From the NCBI GenBank assembly GCA_963785045.1, contig CAWAUC010000013.1:204577-268576 (forward strand): 64,000 nt of DNA. The letters are read 5' to 3'. The notes below the pieces were generated by a model, which worked only from the letters and a program-made list of their open reading frames with translations, ran no database searches and was not told the origin of the DNA. This stretch comes from an uncultured delta proteobacterium. GTDB taxonomy: Bacteria > Desulfobacterota > Desulfobacteria > Desulfobacterales > SpSt-501. A program made the translations under genes and the position numbers. Positions 22,577-29,944 of the stretch are shown in pieces (position 1 is the stretch's first letter; each line of letters begins with the position of its first letter).

Positions 22577-23999
22577 GGGGGGTCTCTTCAAAAAGGTATT
22601 TCATGATCCATGAACTCCGGGCGCCGGACTCCTCGAGCAGCTGGCGGACCTTCTCCTTCTCGTCGGGTGCCGCCGGTTTGAGCGCTTGGTCTTCAGGGTG
22701 TGACGGTGCTGGCGTTTGCACCGGCTCGGCCAGTTTGCGGTGACAGGTGGCTATTTTTTCATGAATGTCCGTGGCGTCCGGATCGATGAGGGTATAGCGT
22801 TCAAGGTAGACCAGCGCTTTCGCCCAGTTGCCTGCCTTGAAATGTGCATCGCCCTCGGTGCGGTAATATTCCCGGATTTGCTCGATGCGTTTCAGCGCGG
22901 TCTCGTTTTGCGGCTCGCAAGCGAGCACGGCCTGGTAGAGGCGGTAGGCATTCTGATGGACCGGGGTCAGGTAGCGTTTCTCGGCGAAATACGCTTCGGC
23001 CTCTTTGAGCAGCTGGGCCACTGTCAATGCCGGGTGCGCGTTGTTCGGGTTGGCCAGTCCAAGCGGTTGAGTGGGCCCCTGTGCGTCCGTACCATACGGA
23101 TTGTCGGCGGCGGTACCGTTCTCGGACGGCGGGTTTCGGTCCAGGACGACCCTCCGTTGGTCCCGTGCGCTGCCGGCCCCGCCGGCGTCGGTCTGCGCGG
23201 CGATGGACGCCAAGGTGTGTGCGTTCATCCAGGGGAAGACCCGCATGCCATAGGCGGCATATCCGGCCGCGATGGCGACGAGAAAGACGAAGACCCAACG
23301 GCGGCGCAGCGAATGGCGGGGATGCGGCTGTTCCTGCACCCGGGTGTCGTCGCGCCGGCTGGAGATAAAGGCGAGCGACCAGGCTCCGATCTTCAGTTGG
23401 TCTCCGGAATACAGGCGCTTCTCGTTTGCCGGCTCCGCATTGATCGTCAGCGGGTTGGACGCGCTGATGTTGCGGATATGGTAGATACCCTCGCGGGCCT
23501 CGATGACGCAGTGGTACCGGGACACGGAAGGGTCGTCCAGGACGATATCCGCTTCCGTGGAGCGCCCGATCACCATCTTGGCCTGAGACAGTCGATGCGT
23601 CGCCGCCTGGCCCGATGGAGAGGTGCACACCAGGCGTCTTTCGGGGGAGGCGGCGGCATGCTCGGAGGCGAGGATCGTTTTGGCCTCGGAGGAAGGTACC
23701 ACGGCGGACTCCGCGCCGGCTTGATAGAGGAAGCGGGTTTTCCCGAATGTGATCTCGTCCCCGGGTTTGAGAAGGCCGCCGTCAGTGGCGCGGCCGTTGA
23801 TGCGCAGGGCGTTGCGCCCCAGGTTTTTGATGAGGTGGCGGCCGTTTTCAAACGATACCTTGGCCTGGACCCGGGACACGTGGGCCTCGGGGATGATAAT
23901 ATCGCACTCCTGGGCGCGGCCGACCAGAAAGCTGTCCCGACGCGTTTCAAAGTATCGTTTTGGATTGTTTTTCTGAATCAAACGGAAGGCGCCGTCCAC
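22548..23999 (-). CDS. Double-FHA domain membrane protein with TPR-like C-terminus
   Basis: Two FHA motifs (VGRAQECDI..HVSR; IGRSTEADI..SVSRYH), one TM segment, helical repeats. Confidence 0.8.
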   Translation of the reverse strand: MDGAFRLIQKNNPKRYFETRRDSFLVGRAQECDIIIPEAHVSRVQAKVSFENGRHLIKNLGRNALRINGRATDGGLLKPGDEITFGKTRFLYQAGAESAVVPSSEAKTILASEHAAASPERRLVCTSPSGQAATHRLSQAKMVIGRSTEADIVLDDPSVSRYHCVIEAREGIYHIRNISASNPLTINAEPANEKRLYSGDQLKIGAWSLAFISSRRDDTRVQEQPHPRHSLRRRWVFVFLVAIAAGYAAYGMRVFPWMNAHTLASIAAQTDAGGAGSARDQRRVVLDRNPPSENGTAADNPYGTDAQGPTQPLGLANPNNAHPALTVAQLLKEAEAYFAEKRYLTPVHQNAYRLYQAVLACEPQNETALKRIEQIREYYRTEGDAHFKAGNWAKALVYLERYTLIDPDATDIHEKIATCHRKLAEPVQTPAPSHPEDQALKPAAPDEKEKVRQLLEESGARSSWIMKYLFEETPHENDSETPW

Positions 24000-24048
24000 G
24001 TCGATCCCCCTCGTACCCCTTGCCTCTGGAAATACCTATCCTGGATTT

Positions 24049-24075
24049 CTATCGGCGTTTCAGCGGCAAACTTGA
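24049..24075 (-). promoter_or_regulatory. Sigma28 (FliA)-type promoter
   Basis: Minus strand TCAAG-N14-GCCGATAG about 50 nt upstream of the FHA gene start. Confidence 0.65.
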
Positions 24076-24233
24076 GTACGCGCGCTACTCATGTTGAAGC
24101 CAAGGATGGGGCGGGGAAGTGCGGAGGCGAACCAGAACGGGCAGGCCGGAGCCAATTGAAATTCAGTTTGAATGCATTTTGCAAAGAAATCCGCTTATAA
24201 CGTACTAGTGAGGGGTTCGAACGGGAAGACATG

Positions 24234-25250
24234 CTATGCAAACAGTTTGGACCACTCCCGTCGCGGCCGCTTTTTCCAATTTTTCTGGTGGTAGAGGAAG
24301 CTGACGATGAGCGGCACGACGGTGGTGGCCTCGGCGAAGACCATCTGTTCGTAGGTCGTGTCCACCTTGCCCCAGGAGGCGGCCTCCTTGAGGGTCGAGC
24401 TCGAGCAGGCGCCGTCGCGCGCGTCGGCCACCGTGATCTGCACGGCGTAACGGTGCATGGGGACTTGCCGGCCGAGCACCTCGGCGCAGATGACGGTGTC
24501 CTGGACGAAGTTCTTGGGCACCCCGCCGCCGACCATGAAAAGCCCCGTCGTCTTCGCCTCCATCTTGATCCGGGTCAGTTCATAAAAATCGCGCACGGAA
24601 TCCAGCGTAAGATGCCGTTCGGGGCGGTCCACCTGGTGCTTGACCAGGCCGAAGCCGGCGCTCGAGTCCGTGAAGGCGGGGCAGAAGACGGGCACGTTGT
24701 GCCGGAAGGCGAGCTCGACGAGAGAGCCCTTTTTGACGGCGTGCCGGGTCAGGTAGCGGCCCATCTCATGGATGAACTCCCGGGAGGAGGTGGGGCGGGG
24801 CTCGAGGCGATCGGCGATTTTCTTTACGGTCATGTCGCAGGTCTGCAGCTGCCCCTCGTCGATGTAGGTGTCGTAGATCCGGTCGATGTAGTTCCGCCGC
24901 AGTTCGCGGTCGTCCGCGAAGGGGCTGCCCTGATAGTGCCTGAACCCCAGGGCTTCGAAGAAGTCCATGTCCACGATGGAAGCGCCGGTCGCCACCACCA
25001 CGTCCACCATGTTGTACCGGATCATGTCGGCATAGACCTGCATGCAGCCCCCGGCGCTGGTGCTGCCGGCCAGGGTGAGCACGATGGTGCAGCCGCGGTC
25101 CTTGATCATGCGTTCAAAGATGTCGGCCGCGGCGGCGGTGTCCCGCGAACTGAAGGACATCTCGCGCATGGCCGAGATGATGGGGGTGGCGTTGAACGAC
25201 GCGATATCGACGTGCGTGACCTGTTTCTTGAGCAAGCCTTTCTTTTTCAT
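24234..25250 (-). CDS. Deoxyhypusine synthase-like protein (homospermidine pathway)
   Basis: LTLAGS, VATGA, IDRIYDT, FCPAFTDSSAG, GGGVPKNF, DGACSSSTLKEAASWGK. Confidence 0.9.
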   Translation of the reverse strand: MKKKGLLKKQVTHVDIASFNATPIISAMREMSFSSRDTAAAADIFERMIKDRGCTIVLTLAGSTSAGGCMQVYADMIRYNMVDVVVATGASIVDMDFFEALGFRHYQGSPFADDRELRRNYIDRIYDTYIDEGQLQTCDMTVKKIADRLEPRPTSSREFIHEMGRYLTRHAVKKGSLVELAFRHNVPVFCPAFTDSSAGFGLVKHQVDRPERHLTLDSVRDFYELTRIKMEAKTTGLFMVGGGVPKNFVQDTVICAEVLGRQVPMHRYAVQITVADARDGACSSSTLKEAASWGKVDTTYEQMVFAEATTVVPLIVSFLYHQKNWKKRPRREWSKLFA

Positions 25251-26104
25251 GAGCCGCTTCCTTCCTCGAACCGGTAGCTCAATAGTTTGTAAATCAATTT
25301 TGCCGATAGAAAATCCGGCGCCTTGTTGTGCTCGCCGGGGCACAGCTCGACCACGTCAAAGCCGACGATACGGCAGCGGCGGCTTACCGCCCGCAGGAGC
25401 CGGGTGACGTCGTACCAGAACAGCCCGCCCGGCTCGGGCGTGCCCGTGGAGGGCATGAGCGAAGGGTCGAACACGTCCAGATCGATCGTGATGTAGCAGC
25501 TCTTCCCCAGCCGCGCGACCACCGCGTCGGCCCAGCCCGGGGTTTCGGCCATCTCATGCGCCCAGAACACACTTCCTTCCGTGAGGCTCCGGCGTTCGTC
25601 GGCGTCCATGCTGCGGATGCCGACCTGGACGATCGGGCAGAGCTCGCGCACCCGGGCCATGACGCAGGCGTGGTTGAACGGACTGCCCTCATATGTGTCC
25701 CGCAGGTCGGCATGGGCGTCGAGTTGCAGCACGCACAGATCCGGATAACGCACGGCGTGAGCCTGGACGGCGCCGATCGCGACCGAGTGCTCGCCGCCGA
25801 CGGTGACGACGAATTGGTCCCTTTCAAGGCAGCCCGAGACGCGCTCGCGCACGGCGGCGACCATGGCCTTCGGCGTACGCTTTTCGGTGACGGGCTCGGC
25901 GGTGAAAATGCCCCGGCGAAAGACCTCGCTCGCGGTCTCGATGTCGTAGAGCTCCATGTTGGCCGAGGCCGCGATGATGGCCGCCGGGCCTTTGTCGGCG
26001 CCCTTCAGCCACGTGGAAGTTTCGTCATAGGGCACCGGCAACAGCACGACCCCTGCAAATTTTTCATTTGCAAACTCGACGGGGATCGCACCGAAATTGG
26101 ACAT
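25247..26104 (-). CDS. speB: Agmatinase (ureohydrolase)
   Basis: GGEHS, DAHAD, NHA, TIDLDVFDPS..TGTPEPGG, DVVE. Confidence 0.92.
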   Translation of the reverse strand: MSNFGAIPVEFANEKFAGVVLLPVPYDETSTWLKGADKGPAAIIAASANMELYDIETASEVFRRGIFTAEPVTEKRTPKAMVAAVRERVSGCLERDQFVVTVGGEHSVAIGAVQAHAVRYPDLCVLQLDAHADLRDTYEGSPFNHACVMARVRELCPIVQVGIRSMDADERRSLTEGSVFWAHEMAETPGWADAVVARLGKSCYITIDLDVFDPSLMPSTGTPEPGGLFWYDVTRLLRAVSRRCRIVGFDVVELCPGEHNKAPDFLSAKLIYKLLSYRFEEGSGS

Positions 26105-26688
26105 CAGGCGTTCAGGTTGACCCGCAGAATCGGGTAATGGTAGTTCACGAAGCACAGCGCCACAAGGGCGGTGCCGTACTTCTTTTTGGGCACGAAGCTT
26201 TCCGTGGTGACGCGCCGCTCCTTCAGGTGGAACGCATCCGAGTAGCCGTTGGTGTAAAGCTCATCGAGGCTGGCGTGCAGCCGCCGCTCAATCTCCTTGA
26301 TGGAGTGGTCTCCGTAGAGCTCACAGACCAGGCCGCCGTACTTGGCGCGCGTCTTCTTGTGGTACAGCCACCCGAAAATGATCCCGGCCGTGGCGCGCTC
26401 GCCCTGGTTGACCGTGCAGACGGAGAAAATCGACTCCATCACGGAACCGTGAACGAGTTGCTTGGGCCTTGGGATTTCGGTGGCGATGGCCGGCAGGATG
26501 GAGGAGTATGTCATGATGTTGCACATCTCCACCCCGGCCTTCTTGAGGGCCAGATGGTAGGAACCCGCGTGGACGGTCAGCTCGCTTTGACCCGTGCCCT
26601 TGGTAATGAAGTAATCCTTGGGGATCCGGTTACCAATGATCAACTCACCCAAACGGCCTTCCACGTGCAAGATATCTTCTTTTTCCAC
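26104..26688 (-). CDS. pdaD: Pyruvoyl-dependent arginine decarboxylase
   Basis: IPKDYFITKGTG...SYHLAL..AGVEMCNIMTYSSILP (Ser-Ser self-cleavage site); overlaps the speB start. Confidence 0.88.
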   Translation of the reverse strand: MEKEDILHVEGRLGELIIGNRIPKDYFITKGTGQSELTVHAGSYHLALKKAGVEMCNIMTYSSILPAIATEIPRPKQLVHGSVMESIFSVCTVNQGERATAGIIFGWLYHKKTRAKYGGLVCELYGDHSIKEIERRLHASLDELYTNGYSDAFHLKERRVTTESFVPKKKYGTALVALCFVNYHYPILRVNLNA

Positions 26689-26927
26689 TCCCTGTATTCC
26701 CCTTTATTATCATAAAAAATCCTGATTTCAGGTTCGATCGAAGACCCTCCCGACGGTCACCTGCTGCTGCAGGGGGGTCGAAAGGAATCTGCCCCAGCCA
26801 TTTAAAAAGAACGCAGCAAAATAGCATCAAAAAAATATTTTGCAATAGATTTTTTTTGCAATGATTTCATATGGGTTGACAAGAGCCCCTTCCCGGCTGC
26901 CCCCTGTGTCCCTCCTTTCATTCGAGG

Positions 26928-28157
26928 TTAAGGAAGCCCGGCCAGGTACTGACAGGCCGGGGCGATCAGGATCGTCTGGTCGTCGTTGGATATCCGCCGG
27001 TAGCCTGCCGCCGTTCGCACCAAGTGAATCGCAGGCACCTTCAATGCGGTCTGGAACTTGATCAGGGCCGCCGACGGCTGGAGCTCATCCGCCCTTGCAT
27101 CGATCAGCAGCACTGGTTTGCCGTTGTTGCTGATGATGAAATCAACCTCCTGTTGGTCCTTGGTCCGGATGAAGTTCAGGCCGAAGCAGCCATAGCCCAG
27201 CTCGTTCCAATTCGACACCGCCCGGAAGAGCTCGAGGGCCACCATGTTCTCGAAGCGCGCCGCAGGGTGCTCCACGCGCGGGGCGTCCCACAGGTAGATC
27301 TTTTGTCCCTCTCGGATCGCGCGCGGGATCCCGCGCGTCCAGGGCGCGAGGCTGAGCACCGCGAAGAAACGCTGCAGCGTGAAAATCCAGCTGCGAATGG
27401 TGTTGTAGGCCATTTGAAGCCCCTGGGCCAAGGCCGGCACGGACGAAAGCTGCCCCACCTGGGCCGGCAGCAGCTGGTAGAGGGTCGCCAGCTCGTCAAT
27501 GGCCTTGATCCCCGTCAGATCCCGGATGTCCTCCCGGATCAACTGCTCGGCATAGGCGGTCGACCAGCGCCGGTAGGAGGTCTTGCGCCCGGACAAATAC
27601 GGCTCGGGAAACCCGCTGTGCTCCGAGAGCGTCTGCCACAGCTCCTGCAGCTCGCCCTGTCGCTCCATGCAGACCAGCTGCGGATGGGCGAAAAACTCCT
27701 CGGCGTTCAGGTTGGCCCGGCCCAACTCCGCCTGGGTGAAAGGCCACAGGTGCAGCAGGTAATACCGCCCGGCCAGGGAGTCCCCGCGCCGCTGGGGGTA
27801 GTCCAGCCGGCTGGAGCCTGCGATCAGGAATTGATAGTCGTCCTGGAACCGGTCATAGATTCCCTTCAGGTATTTGCGCCATCCGCGGTGCTTGTTGATC
27901 TCGTCAAACATTACGAACGGGGTGGATTCGTCCCGGCGCTCGACCGTCTCGAAAAAGGCGGGCTCCCGGATCAGGCGCGCGCGGTCCCCGGGGATCTCCC
28001 AGCTCAGGTACACCTGGTTCGGAAACGACTCGGCGATCATCTCCCCCAGGGTCGTCTTGCCCACGCGCCGCGCCCCCGCCATGAAGACCATGCGCTTTTC
28101 CTTGGTCAGTTCCGTCCAGATATGTCGGTACAGGGGTCGATCCAGCATGCCCGGCAT
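26928..28157 (-). CDS. AAA_14 / DUF4143 ATP-binding protein
   Basis: GARRVGKTT, FDEI, GSS...SLAGR, GFPEP, KIYLWD, ENMV..EL, EVDFII; start uncertain (28148, 28157 or 28184). Confidence 0.85.
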   Translation of the reverse strand: MPGMLDRPLYRHIWTELTKEKRMVFMAGARRVGKTTLGEMIAESFPNQVYLSWEIPGDRARLIREPAFFETVERRDESTPFVMFDEINKHRGWRKYLKGIYDRFQDDYQFLIAGSSRLDYPQRRGDSLAGRYYLLHLWPFTQAELGRANLNAEEFFAHPQLVCMERQGELQELWQTLSEHSGFPEPYLSGRKTSYRRWSTAYAEQLIREDIRDLTGIKAIDELATLYQLLPAQVGQLSSVPALAQGLQMAYNTIRSWIFTLQRFFAVLSLAPWTRGIPRAIREGQKIYLWDAPRVEHPAARFENMVALELFRAVSNWNELGYGCFGLNFIRTKDQQEVDFIISNNGKPVLLIDARADELQPSAALIKFQTALKVPAIHLVRTAAGYRRISNDDQTILIAPACQYLAGLP

Positions 28158-28270
28158 TGTTTCATCATACTGAAAGATAGTCAAGTCTAAATTTCATTGG
28201 CGTCAAACTTAACCATATACTATTAGTTGTCAATTGTTTTTCGCCTCCGGTTTGATTTAACCTATCGCTG

Positions 28271-28561
28271 AGTTGAGCGGTTCTGATTTTGGTTTTGGCG
28301 GACCGACCCGCTGGGGTCTGCCGTCCGCATGTGCCGCCGCAATTTTTGCCCCGGCCGTCGCGACGGCAGCAGGGCCGCTCAAATATCCCCAGAAAGCCCC
28401 GGAACCCAGCGCTCCACGACAGAGACTGCCGCCGCTGCCGGTGAGGGGGTTATCGAAACCCCGGGGGCGCTGGCGTAGCCTGGGTGTTTTTTGCGGCGGC
28501 ACATGCGGACGGCAGACCCCAGCGGGCCTCGATGGGAATCGACAGAATCGCTCAATTTAGG
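28271..28561. repeat. Long-hairpin palindromic element, copy 1
   Basis: Perfect 36-bp inverted arms 28307-28342/28491-28526 around a 148-bp core; outer IR AGTTGAGCGGTTCTG / CAGAATCGCTCAATT. Confidence 0.9.
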
Positions 28562-28667
28562 CTATAGTTGCTCGACTGGGATGTATTCTGCATTCCCGGG
28601 CGTGTGACGGCATTTCAGCGAAAAACAAGTAAGATGGCTTTTTAAAGAATCCAATTGCGGAGTTGCG

Positions 28668-29537
28668 ATGGACCCAGTGGACGCAACAAGACATGCTCGT
28701 CAGGTAAGGGACTACTACGACCGCAACACCGGGCGCTTTTTAAGGTGGGGAAAAGACGAAGGCACCGGCAACCTCCACGGTGCCTTGTGGCCGCCCGAGG
28801 TCAACTCCCTGAGCGCGGCCATGCATTTTTCCAACGAGTTGATGGCGCGCGAGATAGAGCAATGTCCCATCCCCGTGAACCGCGTGCTCGACCTGGGCTG
28901 CGGAGTGGGCGGCAGCCTTTTTTACCTCGGGCGGCGGCTGCCCGGGGTTCGATGCTTCACGGGCATCAGCCTGAGCCCGGTGCAAATCGACAGCGCCCGC
29001 CAGCGCATCCCTGAAACCCAGAATCGCCGGTTTCATTTCGAAGAAGGCTGTTTCTTGCAGCTTCCGGCCGAACGATTCAAGACCGACTTTTCCTATGCCA
29101 TCGAAGCCTTCGCACACGGGCCTCATCCCGATGCTTTTTTCGGCGTTCAAGCGGGCGTCTTGCCGCCCGGCGGTCGCCTGGCCATCATCGACGATTTCCT
29201 GAGCGATGAGCTGCACACCGAAGGACGGCTGCTGGGCATTTACCGCCGGAATTGGCTGCTGCCGGGTTTGCGGGGCCTTGCCGCTCTGAAATCCCTCGCG
29301 GCAGAAAAGGGCTTGCGCCTCATCAAGGATCAAAACCTGACTCCGCATCTGCGCCTGGGCCGGCCGCGTGACAAGGCGATAACCGTGCTGGTGCGATGGC
29401 TTGGCCCCTGCATGGATCGCCACACCTATCTCAGGTCCCTGTTGGGCGGGGATGCCAAACAAAAATGCTATCGGGAAGGTCTGATCCATTATCGGCTCCT
29501 GGTCTTTGAAAAACGTGCAACAGATTCAGGAAAATGA
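28668..29537 (+). CDS. Class I SAM-dependent methyltransferase (sterol/tocopherol C-methyltransferase-like)
   Basis: VRDYYD, LHGALW, VLDLGCGVGG, GISLSPVQ, AIEAFAH, LPPGGRL. Confidence 0.8.
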   Translation: MDPVDATRHARQVRDYYDRNTGRFLRWGKDEGTGNLHGALWPPEVNSLSAAMHFSNELMAREIEQCPIPVNRVLDLGCGVGGSLFYLGRRLPGVRCFTGISLSPVQIDSARQRIPETQNRRFHFEEGCFLQLPAERFKTDFSYAIEAFAHGPHPDAFFGVQAGVLPPGGRLAIIDDFLSDELHTEGRLLGIYRRNWLLPGLRGLAALKSLAAEKGLRLIKDQNLTPHLRLGRPRDKAITVLVRWLGPCMDRHTYLRSLLGGDAKQKCYREGLIHYRLLVFEKRATDSGK

Positions 29538-29597
29538 AGGAGCAGATGCTCCAGGCCCTAGGGGCCGGAATCATTAACCATTAACGCGGCTGTTTCA

Positions 29598-29866
29598 GAA
29601 CCTAACCCGAAGATCTATCACGAGTGCCTCCGCCGTTTGAAGGCAACACCGGAGGAGTGTATGTTTGTTGGAGATGGGGGGCATGGAGAACTTGGGGGGC
29701 GAGGGCGGTTGGGATTCACACGGTCTTGTTCTCCGGAGTAATTCAGCAAACGAGACCGGAGCGCATTCCTGCGTTGCTGGCCGACGCTGATTCGCATGTT
29801 TCATCGCTGGACCAACTGTTTTCGATACCTATGTTTCGCGAATTACGGATTCCGACGGATGCCTAA
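29598..29866 (+). pseudogene. C-terminal fragment of a HAD-superfamily hydrolase (cassette gene remnant)
   Basis: PNPKIYHECLRRL..TPEECMFVGDGG..EL / GARAVGIHTV (HAD motifs III-IV), one frameshift, lower GC than the flanks. Confidence 0.7.
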
Positions 29867-29925
29867 CCTGCCGTTCAAGCCGATCGCCGCCCCTTGTGCC
29901 GCTCCGGCCTAGCTCTACGATGTGC
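29861..29925 (+). other. Degenerate integron attC site
   Basis: GCCTAAC (R'') containing the gene's TAA, then GTTCAAGC, CCGATCGCCGC...GCTCCGG, GCCTAG and GATGTGC (mutated GTTRRRY); 65 bp. Confidence 0.6.
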
Positions 29926-29944
29926 GCAAAAATATATTGACAAC

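Noticed and set aside
28257-28560. ORFs of 81 and 95 aa over the long-hairpin element, and 45303-46013
   Set aside because: The frame is not conserved between homologous copies, so these are non-coding.
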